A DNA stretch of 64,000 nt from a virus, in IMG/VR virus record IMGVR_UViG_3300008050_000037, positions 5,193 to 69,192 of that record, one strand, 5' to 3'. The translations under genes and the position numbers were made by a program. Positions 27,701-36,529 of the stretch are shown here, one piece after another. Every line of letters starts with the position of its first letter. The stretch's first letter is position 1. The notes below the pieces were generated by a model, which was not told the origin of the DNA, searched no databases, and was given only the letters and a program-made list of their open reading frames with translations.

Positions 27701-28195
27701 GCGAGGGTAACGATAAAAGTTATCTCCTTGGTGTGTTTCCGACACAATTTTAAAAATATTGCTAAGACCTGTTTGATTTTGTGCAATCAAAACCAAATGG
27801 CGCCGGGCTTTAATAATATTATTTTTTTGCTTCGAAGCGGCTTCGTCTTCGGTGACTAATCTGCCGTCATCTTTCTCTAAATTTTTCGCCGACTTCTTGT
27901 CAGCCTTCGCTTCGTCATACGCTTCCTTCCATTTAATGATTGAGGGTACAAAATAGGCTTCGACGCCAAAAATTGGCTTAAATTCTTTACCCTCATTTTT
28001 CATCTTCTTAGCATGCATAACCTGATAAGAAGTTCCGTTCATATTGCCATGGTCTGTTAACGCCAAAGCGTTGCAACCATTCTTATATGCAAAATCCATA
28101 TGGTCCTGTGGATATCCAAACCCGTCGAATGGGGATCCTACGACACTGTGTGCGTGCAGGCCCACAAATGGAATTTTGCTTTCTATTCTATTCAT
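24767..28195 (-). CDS. dnaE: DNA polymerase III alpha subunit (family C)
   Basis: PHP domain (HAHS, TDHG), GRGSAAGSLV, PDIDYD, HAGG, KFDLLGL, YGFNKSH. Confidence 0.95.
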   Translation of the reverse strand: MNRIESKIPFVGLHAHSVVGSPFDGFGYPQDHMDFAYKNGCNALALTDHGNMNGTSYQVMHAKKMKNEGKEFKPIFGVEAYFVPSIIKWKEAYDEAKADKKSAKNLEKDDGRLVTEDEAASKQKNNIIKARRHLVLIAQNQTGLSNIFKIVSETHQGDNFYRYPRVDYNLLEKYNEGIIASSACLGGVYAGNYWDNRDDGPDAILDAMRETTHKMQSILGDRWYGELQWNNVPEQHELNQYVIQMHQETGLELISTADSHYPNPEAFKDRELYRRLGFLNRTNKPEWLTSELPIDVDEMGMELYPKNGDQMWESYKKYSEECGVIYDDNLIYDSLVKTHHIANERIDDFMPDDTVRLPNFVVPEGETADEALLKISVGALRNLELGEKEEYTKRLQHELNVIVDRGFSKYFLTMKAIADKANDNMLSGPGRGSAAGSLVAYVLGITQVDPIKYGLLFSRFLRADTTDYPDIDYDVSDAFGLKEILAEEWGDTTVVPISNYNTLQLRSLVKDISKFYEVPFIEVNKVTNVMVREATPKAKQAKGIKAGLYIPAFEEVMEHSDSLQTFLKKYPHIKTHIEALYGQVRSVSRHAGGVVIGEDLDKHMPLINRGGVIQTPWAEGQNVRHLEPLGFIKFDLLGLSTLAMIQSCIGHVLQRYMGIENPSYQEIKNYYDTCLHPDKIDLADSQVYTNIFQKGKFIGVFQFTNDGAQRFCKSAKPTSIIDISAITSIYRPGPLSANVDKSYVKAKRNPSEIQYVNDLVKEVTEETAGFLIFQEQIALLAHKLGKNITLDEGNKLRKLLTKKGTGKGVKEKEKIREKFIRGCLTKSIDRATGESLWRNFEYFSGYGFNKSHAVAYSLLSYQCAWLLNYYPECWVAAFLDKEPESRKELAISLAKKYGFKIEKVNINTSGLQWEISEDSKTLIQPLSSIKGLGEKAIKQIMDHRPFNTPEDLLFNEEITYSKLNKKGLDALCRSGALNDLIDERFTGLKHFWAAVVDDRPKNKKRFKENIEIYEKMGDFSNEKRIYDISELTGLFPFELVMNEDIISSLEQHCVPPLGKWDNNLKVAWFIPREVVKKKTKNGKPYWIVNAIDTTATATKIRCWGVRDSDKLHLNRPYMAKLDHNDTWGFSTRSMYHNFKLLG

Positions 28196-28913
28196 CTTTA
28201 TAGTCCTCTACTCTTTCTACCATCTTATTATAGTAACCATCATCGATTTCGCAACCAATAAAGTTTCTTTTTGTGTTCAGGGCGGCAACTGCTGTTGTTC
28301 CGGATCCCAAGAAGCAGTCCAATACCGTATCTTCTTCATTAGAATGTTTAAGTATTAATTCTTCAAATAGCTTTAAGCTTTTTTGTGTTGGATGAAATCT
28401 ATCTTTACCATGGTATATCGGATACCTATAGATTCCATTGTCGTATTCGCTATTGAAAACTGGCTTTGACTTTTTAACACCAGTCAAAGCAATTTCCCGA
28501 GAATTAGTTAGATAGTTAATTTTGCTATTGATCGGTACGGGATTTGTCTTTACCCACTCAATCAATCTAATTTGTTTAAATTTTGAAGCCTCCATTATTC
28601 TCTTAAGAGACGTAATCTTCCATAAATCATAGAACATAATCATTGTACCGGAAGGCTTCAAGACCCTATATATTTGTTCTATATACGGTAATAGATTTAA
28701 TTCTTTCTTATCCCATTCGCCAAAATCTAAACTGATTCCAAATCTTCTCAATGTTCTTTCTGTCTGGGGCGAGCCGTCCGGCTTGGTCAGACTATCAATA
28801 AAACCAGATGGCCTAGATATCTCGTATGGAGGATCTGTTAGAACAAGATCAATGGAATCCTTCTCCAGCGAGCAAAGAAACTCGTATGCATCCTGTTTTC
28901 GAAGATCAATCAT
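28188..28913 (-). CDS. DNA N4-C/N6-A methyltransferase (beta class)
   Basis: TDPPY precedes HPTQK and DCFLGSGTT. Confidence 0.92.
   Translation of the reverse strand: MIDLRKQDAYEFLCSLEKDSIDLVLTDPPYEISRPSGFIDSLTKPDGSPQTERTLRRFGISLDFGEWDKKELNLLPYIEQIYRVLKPSGTMIMFYDLWKITSLKRIMEASKFKQIRLIEWVKTNPVPINSKINYLTNSREIALTGVKKSKPVFNSEYDNGIYRYPIYHGKDRFHPTQKSLKLFEELILKHSNEEDTVLDCFLGSGTTAVAALNTKRNFIGCEIDDGYYNKMVERVEDYKDE
28227..28254 (-). promoter_or_regulatory. Sigma70-like promoter TTGCGA-N16-TATAAT upstream of dnaE
   Basis: Inside 3' end of methyltransferase gene. Confidence 0.45.
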
Positions 28914-29458
28914 CTTATCTTTTCTCCAATTGTTGTAATTTGTTTGTTTGTTAAGGTGGCGCCTAAACGCGGATCTTTTCTAATAGATTCGCTGAAGTAT
29001 TGCTTCTTAAATTTTGGCAAAAGCAAATTTAAAACGTCAGCGCCAGACGCCTTCCAGATTTCCTCAATTTCTCCACAATCACTAAACCTAGTGAAATAAT
29101 GTTCTGAGTACTTTCCTATCTTCTCTTCTGTCAGGTACTTTCTTTGTTCAGGCCAAGTTTGCTGTACCGATACACCATTATAAGTCGCTTTGATCTTTTT
29201 TTCTGTTGTGCTTTTGTATTCGACTGGTCGGCCGGCTTCATTGTAGGCGTCAGCCCCAGAAAAAGTTGGCGCCATTGTGTGTCCCAACTCCAAAGCGGTC
29301 ATTATCTCTTTTGACCTGGCGTAGTTATATGGATCGCCGTATCCATATTCTTTGCAAGTATATCCCAAGACTTCAAATAACTTCTTTGTTATTTTGGCCC
29401 TATCTGATTGGGGTATGTATGGTATTTGACGCTTTAGGGTATCAATTAATTTTTCCAT
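28910..29458 (-). CDS. Putative PD-(D/E)XK restriction endonuclease
   Basis: GADA...VEYKS motif; ATGA-coupled to methyltransferase. Confidence 0.65.
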   Translation of the reverse strand: MEKLIDTLKRQIPYIPQSDRAKITKKLFEVLGYTCKEYGYGDPYNYARSKEIMTALELGHTMAPTFSGADAYNEAGRPVEYKSTTEKKIKATYNGVSVQQTWPEQRKYLTEEKIGKYSEHYFTRFSDCGEIEEIWKASGADVLNLLLPKFKKQYFSESIRKDPRLGATLTNKQITTIGEKIR

Positions 29459-29464
29459 ATCTTC

Positions 29465-29492
29465 ATTATAGCAACTAGCTATTCAATGTCAA
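29465..29492 (-). promoter_or_regulatory. Sigma70 promoter TTGACA-N16-TATAAT
   Basis: Perfect hexamers; -10 is 6 nt from ATG 29458. Confidence 0.8.
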
Positions 29493-29501
29493 TAATAAAA
29501 A

Positions 29502-30362
29502 CTAAAATGTACTCATATATCTCTCGCCGCGATCACACAAAAATGTAACTGCAGCACCATTAATATTATTTTCCTCTAGCCACCGTTCTGCTCCCAAGAC
29601 ATTTGCTCCAGAACTGATTCCAACAAATAAGCCATCTTCCCTGGCCAAGCGTTTTGCTCTTTCTATCGCATCTTGAGTTGAAACTTTAATCTCTTCATCA
29701 ATTAAATTTCTATCAACTAAAAAGTCGGCACCATCGTTAATTCCTTGAATTCCGTGAGTTTTTGCGTCTTCTGCGGGCGCAACCAGAATTGTGGACATCC
29801 CCTTGTCTAGCTTGATCAAAGCCCGTCTGACGCCCATAATCGTACCTCCTGTGCCAGATCCACATATCAATGCGGATATGTTCTTTTTTTCCTTGACAAA
29901 GAGTTGACGGATGATTTCTTTTGCGGTTGTCATCTCATGGCACTCTATATTGTGTAAGTTTCCAAATTGGTTTGGAGACCAAAAGTTAGTATTTTCTGCC
30001 AACATTTTATCGCGAAGCTGAATTGCCTCTTGAAAGGCACTGCAGCCTACCTCAATTATTTCAGCCCCGAACAATTCCATCATTTGCTTACGCTCAGGGC
30101 TCATGTTGCAAGGCATTATTATTTTAACCTTATAGCCCCTTACAGAACCCAACATAGCAAAAGCAATACCAGTATTTCCACTCGTGGCTTCGATGATCGT
30201 GTAGCCACTTTTAATTTTTCCTTCTTCTTCTGCTCTCTTGAGAGTATAAAGCGCCAGTCTGTCCTTAATGCTTCCGGTGGGATTAAATGTTTCAAGCTTG
30301 GCATATAATTTTTCTCCTAAACGAATTAACGGTGTGTTACCAATAGTATTTTCTACACTCAT
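29502..30362 (-). CDS. cysK: PLP-dependent cysteine synthase (CysK/CysM family)
   Basis: IGNTPL, KLETFNPTGSIKDR, TSGNTG, GTGGT, GISSGA, DRGERY. Confidence 0.9.
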   Translation of the reverse strand: MSVENTIGNTPLIRLGEKLYAKLETFNPTGSIKDRLALYTLKRAEEEGKIKSGYTIIEATSGNTGIAFAMLGSVRGYKVKIIMPCNMSPERKQMMELFGAEIIEVGCSAFQEAIQLRDKMLAENTNFWSPNQFGNLHNIECHEMTTAKEIIRQLFVKEKKNISALICGSGTGGTIMGVRRALIKLDKGMSTILVAPAEDAKTHGIQGINDGADFLVDRNLIDEEIKVSTQDAIERAKRLAREDGLFVGISSGANVLGAERWLEENNINGAAVTFLCDRGERYMSTF

Positions 30363-30375
30363 TCAAACTCCTTAA

Positions 30376-31236
30376 CTAGTTATCAACTCCAATTTTATTC
30401 CATTCTTTATAGGTTAAAACTGAACGTGGGATTCCTTTACATTCTACTCCCTTTTCTCCAATATATTTACAATAATCTTTCCAATTATCAATTTTATAAT
30501 AATGTGGAAGTTCCTTTATATTAGATCCTTCCAAAGATAGTGTATCGAACACTTCGTTTAGTTTAAAAAAACGATATGAAAATCTTTCATTAATAGGAAG
30601 TTTTTCCTTTCTAGTTTCGTCTGTATATACTCCAGTCGATTTAATTTTAACTTCTGATACCAATTGTTTGTAGTCTTCATAGTCAAACGTAAAACCCATA
30701 TATTCTCCATCAATGATAGTTTTATTATCATACGAAAAAAAGAATTGCTTATCTGTTGATATCTCTCGTCTGTGATCTCTGGGTAACCAATGGTCATAAA
30801 CACCATATGGAAAGGCAACATAAAAGCGTCGTGGTTTGAGCCAAGTACTTAAACCGCTGGATATTTTATTTGCCATCCAGGCGCCATATAATATGCTCCA
30901 CCCCAAACAATCTCTTTTTTTTCTATCTCGTGGATGAATTGGGATATAGTGAATTGAAACTCGTTTTTGATGTGCCTTTTTATCATGCTCAAAGTGCCTG
31001 TGAGTCCAAACTGGATCATTGATATATTCACCCAAACGATATCGTATTAGCGGCTGCATATCATCATTGCAAACAACCCAGATTGTCTCACATCCTGCGT
31101 ACGCACATTCCAACACGGCTCTTTCGACAGCTAAGTAATCTTGGCCAATTGGCATCAAACAATCATGCCATGGCATATTAAAATCTAACGGCTGTCCAGC
31201 GACGGGTACTATACCTGCTAAATGAAACCCACTCAA
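30376..31236 (-). CDS. Nucleotidyltransferase-fold hypothetical protein
   Basis: GIVPVAG...CLMPI N-terminus resembles NTP-transferase fold. Confidence 0.55.
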   Translation of the reverse strand: MSGFHLAGIVPVAGQPLDFNMPWHDCLMPIGQDYLAVERAVLECAYAGCETIWVVCNDDMQPLIRYRLGEYINDPVWTHRHFEHDKKAHQKRVSIHYIPIHPRDRKKRDCLGWSILYGAWMANKISSGLSTWLKPRRFYVAFPYGVYDHWLPRDHRREISTDKQFFFSYDNKTIIDGEYMGFTFDYEDYKQLVSEVKIKSTGVYTDETRKEKLPINERFSYRFFKLNEVFDTLSLEGSNIKELPHYYKIDNWKDYCKYIGEKGVECKGIPRSVLTYKEWNKIGVDN

Positions 31237-31276
31237 TTATACCTCGCTTTAAGACCTAAAGCTATTCGGTCTCTGG

Positions 31277-32008
31277 TCACGATTCTTCAAGTGCGGCGGG
31301 CTCTGAAGTTGTAGCCCCACTAAAACCGCCCTTAGTTTCGTCATGGGCGCCTGGTCCGCAACCGGTACCGCCATACTCTACAACGACTTCTTCTAGGTCT
31401 TTATGGTATTGACAGGCTGCACCAGCAGAATCTTCTTCACAGGCCGGCCAACTTTTTAAAAGGCCTTCCAAGGCAGCCATTAAAGTTGCAGTGGATGCTT
31501 GGCCTTTCGCTCTCCGGAGATCCTCATCTCTATAGGGAGAGGGTGTCGGAGTGGTACCTTGGCGTGCGCGGTGTGCAGCAATATCTTTTGCCAACTGCGA
31601 ATCGCGGCCTCGTTGGCCGATCTCGGCTAATGATACAATTTCCTCTTTGACAATCTGTGCTAGCTCTTCTTTTGTAATTCCCATTTCAGCTCTTCTTTTG
31701 GCCTTGCGAGCTGCTCTTTCCGCTTCTTTTCGTTGGCCAATTTCTTGCGATCTTTGATCCCGTCTTTCCTTCGCAGTCAGTCCCCACGCCGGCTCCGGCT
31801 CGGACCACCGTGTTTTCCACGTCTCGGCTGGCTCCGTGTCGGTTTCCTCTTCAGGCGCGACTTCAGGGGTTTCTTCAGGGGCCTCTTCAGGGGTTTCTTC
31901 TTTTGATTTACCAAATGTAAACTTTGGCAATCTCGGTAATCGAAACTTAATTCTTTCATCTAATTCCTCTCTAATAATTTGTACCAATTGTTCTTTTGTA
32001 ATTTTCAT
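31277..32008 (-). CDS. Putative internal head protein with duplicated MKITKEQL..II.EE motif
   Basis: MKITKEQLVQIIREE and MGITKEELAQIVKEE; AACTAATTA upstream. Confidence 0.65.
   Translation of the reverse strand: MKITKEQLVQIIREELDERIKFRLPRLPKFTFGKSKEETPEEAPEETPEVAPEEETDTEPAETWKTRWSEPEPAWGLTAKERRDQRSQEIGQRKEAERAARKAKRRAEMGITKEELAQIVKEEIVSLAEIGQRGRDSQLAKDIAAHRARQGTTPTPSPYRDEDLRRAKGQASTATLMAALEGLLKSWPACEEDSAGAACQYHKDLEEVVVEYGGTGCGPGAHDETKGGFSGATTSEPAALEES
31849..31900 (-). repeat. Imperfect 12-bp coding tandem repeat (EETP/EEAP)
   Basis: ttcaggggtttc / ttcaggggcctc units. Confidence 0.7.
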
Positions 32009-32766
32009 ATAAAAATCCCTTCTTCCTGGTAATTAGTTGACTTAATGGGTAAAATCTCTCTTTTTTGTAGCTCTATTCTAAGGGGGAGATTATAGCCATT
32101 TCCGTGACCCGTACCCTTAATTCCTGCATTTCTCATTATATGAAGAATCTTTAATCTAGATATAGAATCGGAATATTCTATATCATTGAGCTGTTTTTTC
32201 GTTAAAAAAGACTCTGCAACTAAATCTTTATATTGTTTATTTCCCGCAATCCGCGGCGATAAATAAAAATAAATCTTTTTTACAAACTCGGAATCGTCGT
32301 AGAAATGATCATGATTATGTTTCATTCCTGATTTAACCGCAAACCAATCAAATACACGATACTTCTCTATTTCAAAATCTGGAAAAGGCAAGCCGTGCAC
32401 GTTATCCGTATCAAAAACACGCAAATTTGAAAATCTCAAAAATTGCCTGGAAAAAATATTTGAAGATATCGACATTTCATTTTTTTCTAGATTGATGCGG
32501 ACTGACTCAATGTTAGCTCCAAAAGGATGAAGACCCTTCATATTAAGCAAATAAGAAAGGCGTTTCCAAACTTCCAGCTTGGAAACGCCAGCCTCAAATT
32601 TTATATCCCCCAGATCAATTTCATGAAGGAGGGTATCGAAAGGAAATATAACAGCCATATTGTTAAAGAGTATATGGCTGCTTGTTTTGTACGCGCATAT
32701 AACTGCATCTAAATCACTACCTATTACAATGCTGGAACAATTAAATGAAAATAATTCAGCACCCAT
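32005..32766 (-). CDS. Hypothetical protein
   Basis: 253-aa ORF; IVIGS N-terminus weakly Rossmann-like. Confidence 0.6.
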   Translation of the reverse strand: MGAELFSFNCSSIVIGSDLDAVICAYKTSSHILFNNMAVIFPFDTLLHEIDLGDIKFEAGVSKLEVWKRLSYLLNMKGLHPFGANIESVRINLEKNEMSISSNIFSRQFLRFSNLRVFDTDNVHGLPFPDFEIEKYRVFDWFAVKSGMKHNHDHFYDDSEFVKKIYFYLSPRIAGNKQYKDLVAESFLTKKQLNDIEYSDSISRLKILHIMRNAGIKGTGHGNGYNLPLRIELQKREILPIKSTNYQEEGIFI

Positions 32767-33379
32767 CTTCCGCTTTCGACATTATCTCTCTCGTCTTATA
32801 TATATTGGCATGCCACTTCTTTAAAAGTCTGTAGTGTTTCGGCCTTTCTTTACATCGTCCGCCTATCTTTTTATAACGAATTCCGGTGACCCAAGCTGCT
32901 AGCCAAATCCTTCCATCAGTTTTATATCTACATCGTCTCTTAACTTTTGGTATCTGATTGGCAATATGTCTCATCCAGCCGGCAGCTGCTTGCTTTGGGT
33001 CTGTTCTATCTAGGCCAGGGAACATTTTTTCATAAATTGGCCACATCTGCAGAATACCTATGGCCATAGGAGTTTTCTTGCTCTTGCTAAACTTTCTGTC
33101 GCCCTTGGCTTTGGGATTGAAGCCCGATTCCATACAAGCTGCAGCTAAAATCATACCTCTCATTTCGGGCGGAGGATTAAAGGACTTTTCAATCTTAACC
33201 AAATGCCACAATAAGTCAACATCCACATTAGCGCGTGACCAGCGACAGTTATCTAGTGCTTCTTTGACTAATTCGTCATAGGTAACGGGCTTTTTCAATT
33301 CAAAAGTATTAGCTTCCACTGGTGGGGCTGAAACAGTGCCCACCACCATACTCATCATCACAATAAAACTATTCATTTT
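32756..33379 (-). CDS. Lytic transglycosylase-like (lysozyme fold) protein with signal sequence
   Basis: MESGFNPKAKGD and AIGILQM resemble SLT motifs; start placed at MNSFIV. Confidence 0.65.
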   Translation of the reverse strand, partial: KMNSFIVMMSMVVGTVSAPPVEANTFELKKPVTYDELVKEALDNCRWSRANVDVDLLWHLVKIEKSFNPPPEMRGMILAAACMESGFNPKAKGDRKFSKSKKTPMAIGILQMWPIYEKMFPGLDRTDPKQAAAGWMRHIANQIPKVKRRCRYKTDGRIWLAAWVTGIRYKKIGGRCKERPKHYRLLKKWHANIYKTREIMSKAEDGC

Positions 33380-34091
33380 CTCTTCTCCTGACGTCTCCAT
33401 AGGAATCAACCGCAGTCGGCCAAAGCTCTGCTATAATTTCAAGCACTGCCTTTGCAACTTTTTGGATTTCTGGCTGGGCTCCTTCATGGATTCTTAAGTC
33501 TATAAATTTAAGTAGGTTGTTAAGGTTACAAGTTCCATAATATTCTGTATACATATTTTGTGGAAGGACTCCCCTTGCTTGTTCTCTACAAACTCCTGAT
33601 TTAATTAATTTTTTGTATAGTTGTAAAGAATTTAAATGATGATGCATCACCATGTAGGAAACGCTCTGGCCTCCATGGACCGCGTCGGGATTGATTATCG
33701 GATCACCTAGATCATCGATGTTGCTGGCCTGTCTGTTGTCTGTATGCTGTGTCCTAAACACCTTGGGTTCATAAAATCTTATATCCACATCGGTATAGCG
33801 CCGGCTAATCTCGTTATAAGACCAAGTTCTATGGCGATGATGCTGGCTTCTAACGAATAAAGGTACTGTAAATCTAAACGTAGCTACATTATGTTCAAAT
33901 GTAGAAGTGTGACGATTGTGCACGAGGTATTTAATTAGTTTCTCGTCCTTCTCATCAAGGATATCTTTGTGTTTACCAAAAGATACTCTCGCTGCATTAA
34001 CAATAGTCAGGTCGTTCCCCATATAATCTACTAGTTCAACCGTGCCTATTCCGTCTCCATACAAATCAATCGCAATGTTCTTTTCTTTCAT
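33369..34091 (-). CDS. thyX: FAD-dependent thymidylate synthase
   Basis: AARVS, HTSTFEH, RHRTWSYNEISRRY, EQARGVLP, AQPEI. Confidence 0.95.
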   Translation of the reverse strand: MKEKNIAIDLYGDGIGTVELVDYMGNDLTIVNAARVSFGKHKDILDEKDEKLIKYLVHNRHTSTFEHNVATFRFTVPLFVRSQHHRHRTWSYNEISRRYTDVDIRFYEPKVFRTQHTDNRQASNIDDLGDPIINPDAVHGGQSVSYMVMHHHLNSLQLYKKLIKSGVCREQARGVLPQNMYTEYYGTCNLNNLLKFIDLRIHEGAQPEIQKVAKAVLEIIAELWPTAVDSYGDVRRRENE

Positions 34092-34420
34092 TCAGCCTCT
34101 ATTATACATTGGATATAATTTTCCAGCAGCAGCGAAAATGTTTTACCATTGAGGGGGATGTTCTCTAACATTGAATTATTATAAACAATTCGATCTCCTT
34201 CTTTCACATCAATCTTATATTCACTCGGACAAGCTAAGATTCTTGCGACGCCATATGGCGAAGCTTGTCTATAGCCTTCCGGAAGTAGTATGCTGCACTC
34301 TTCTTGTTCTTCTTCATTAGAGAGTGGTTCAACTAAAAAATAACGATTAGTCGGCTTTATTTTCACATCAGACTCCAACTTTCTTTGAAAGCTTCTCGTA
34401 GATGTCGGTAAATTGATCAA
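34088..34420 (-). CDS. GroES-like co-chaperonin
   Basis: IKPTNRYFLVEP...ILLP...VKEGDRIVY...LLENYI pattern. Confidence 0.6.
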   Translation of the reverse strand: MINLPTSTRSFQRKLESDVKIKPTNRYFLVEPLSNEEEQEECSILLPEGYRQASPYGVARILACPSEYKIDVKEGDRIVYNNSMLENIPLNGKTFSLLLENYIQCIIEAE

Positions 34421-34625
34421 AATCCTCTCCGGACTTCATCATACGGTAAGCTCTCACGGCAAAACGTAGCTCATCCTTACTTATCCAGCCATTTTCTACA
34501 TAATTCTTCTTAAGGTCGCGACGGTGCTCCTTGTACGGCTCCATCTCGTCCTCAACGGCCTTGAAAGCCTTAATAAACTCAACAATATACTCATCACTTG
34601 TCTTTTCGGTTGTCTGGTTAGACAT
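34368..34625 (-). CDS. Small helical protein, possibly dsDNA-binding
   Basis: Coiled-coil pattern reminiscent of GapR/DsbA-type proteins. Confidence 0.5.
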   Translation of the reverse strand: MSNQTTEKTSDEYIVEFIKAFKAVEDEMEPYKEHRRDLKKNYVENGWISKDELRFAVRAYRMMKSGEDFDQFTDIYEKLSKKVGV

Positions 34626-34672
34626 ATATAACTCCTTTTTATATTAACACAATAGTAACTCTTTTTTAAGAG

Positions 34673-36529
34673 TTAAGTAATTTCGCACGCTCCTCCCGAG
34701 CATGCTAACTCTCCCTGGAGGTCGGTATTATCTTCAAATTCAACAACCTTTGTTAAGTCAACATCACGAAGTGAATCATATAGAACCTGATACTTTTCCT
34801 TTGAACACTCCTCAAATGGCGGCTGCACATATGTGTGATCTTCATAAGGGAGAACAGAAAGTCCATTATAGCAATCTCTATTGTCCCACATCCACTCTCC
34901 AACGTCTGTCCATTCGTCATTTCTTATTGAAAGAGTCGCAGAAACATTATGTGTATTTTGACCTCGACGGTGGCCGGCTCGAATCCAGCCCTCGGTTACC
35001 GCCTTTATGCGCTTTAACAGTTGAAGAGTGCTTTCTTTGCGAGTAACCGCAGACGACGGCGCGCTTTGTGGAATAGTAATTACAGCAGTATCATGGGGTC
35101 TAAAATATTCATCTTCAATTAATTCTGGATGGTGAATCATCAAGTGCGTATAAATTGATTCATTTTTACCAACTCGGACACGACGTAAATAATATTCACT
35201 GTGCCACGGATGAATCCCGCTTGAAGTACCCAGCGCTAAAGATGTAGTACCGGCTGGCTTTACCGTAGTACATCTTGCCGCTGTCTTAACACCAATCAGT
35301 TTGGCAACTCTAGAGTTTTCCCTCTTCACCGCTTGTGCGGCCTTCTTCATATCTAATTCTGTTACTTTACCAGATGCAATACCAGTCATAGACACCCCAA
35401 TGAGTGCTTCTTTTTCAGTTTGTTTCTGCCAAATATCACGTAGATAATGAAAATCTGTATAACCGGCTTGAAGTGTGCCAATCAAAGTCGCAGCCTTAAC
35501 TCTATTTTCATATTCTTCTTGCGTCTCAAGATCAGAAGTGTTAACTTCTGTCAAGTTACAGAACTGATATGGACGCAAAGCAATTTCACAACACGGATTC
35601 GTTCCCCAATCCTTGTCGTTCGAGAAATAAAAGCCAGGTTCGCCAGAACCAGAGGCCTTTACCCTCTCCCAAAGATCCATAAAATACTCTTTTTCAATTC
35701 TATGTCTCAATAAAACTACTGAGTTGTTTGCCCGCCCTCTTTGGGGATTTTCTTCCCACCATCTTCCTGTTTTTGCAGCGAGCATTTCTTCATCGTCTGC
35801 CGAAAAAAGTGAGATAAGAGCAGCACGACGAATCCCCCCGGCAAGAACAGCATCAGCAATGTAGCAAATAATATCATGAACCTCAACAGGTCGTAGTTTG
35901 TCACCAGTTTCTTTCTCCCTTAGTATGCCCTCTATCTTTACCAGGCATTCTCGTAACGGTTGTGGCCCGGGGGCCTTGCCTCCACTAGTAACTAGTAGGG
36001 CGCCCTTGGGGCGGATATCAGAAAAATCAAATCTTATTGGAGTACCCCCAAAAAGATAACTTTTCATCAAGGCTTTGATGGCGTCGGCCCAGCCCTCTAT
36101 AGAATCACCAATCAAATATCGTTTTGTTCTTTTCGATATAGGCTTCTGAATTTCAGGAAGCTTCTCAACGTGGTGCTTCTGTACACTAAATCCAACACCA
36201 GTTCCCCCAAGAAGGAGAAACATTGTTTCACTAAAAGATAGCCAATCATCAATAGGAAGGTAGGCACAATTATAAATACGGTTAGGAGCGACCTCAATTG
36301 GCTTACCACCGAACTGCATAGATCGCATAGATGGAAGTACTTTCTTGTCGTATACATACTTGTAGGCATTTTCAATTTCCTCCTTAAGCTTTGGGTACTT
36401 TTTAAGGTGCATATTTTTATTTCGTGTAACTAGTTCACTCCAGACTTCTCTTCTCTTCTTGCGCGGTAGAAACCGAGCATACTTCATGTAGACCGTTATA
36501 TCAGACAATATTTTATTTGACAATTCCAT
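34673..36529 (-). CDS. nrdJ: Class II (B12-dependent) ribonucleotide reductase
   Basis: YNCA, GGIRRAA, TNPCCEI, CNLTE, TTVKPAGT, C-terminal ACSGGACE. Confidence 0.88.
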   Translation of the reverse strand: MELSNKILSDITVYMKYARFLPRKKRREVWSELVTRNKNMHLKKYPKLKEEIENAYKYVYDKKVLPSMRSMQFGGKPIEVAPNRIYNCAYLPIDDWLSFSETMFLLLGGTGVGFSVQKHHVEKLPEIQKPISKRTKRYLIGDSIEGWADAIKALMKSYLFGGTPIRFDFSDIRPKGALLVTSGGKAPGPQPLRECLVKIEGILREKETGDKLRPVEVHDIICYIADAVLAGGIRRAALISLFSADDEEMLAAKTGRWWEENPQRGRANNSVVLLRHRIEKEYFMDLWERVKASGSGEPGFYFSNDKDWGTNPCCEIALRPYQFCNLTEVNTSDLETQEEYENRVKAATLIGTLQAGYTDFHYLRDIWQKQTEKEALIGVSMTGIASGKVTELDMKKAAQAVKRENSRVAKLIGVKTAARCTTVKPAGTTSLALGTSSGIHPWHSEYYLRRVRVGKNESIYTHLMIHHPELIEDEYFRPHDTAVITIPQSAPSSAVTRKESTLQLLKRIKAVTEGWIRAGHRRGQNTHNVSATLSIRNDEWTDVGEWMWDNRDCYNGLSVLPYEDHTYVQPPFEECSKEKYQVLYDSLRDVDLTKVVEFEDNTDLQGELACSGGACEIT

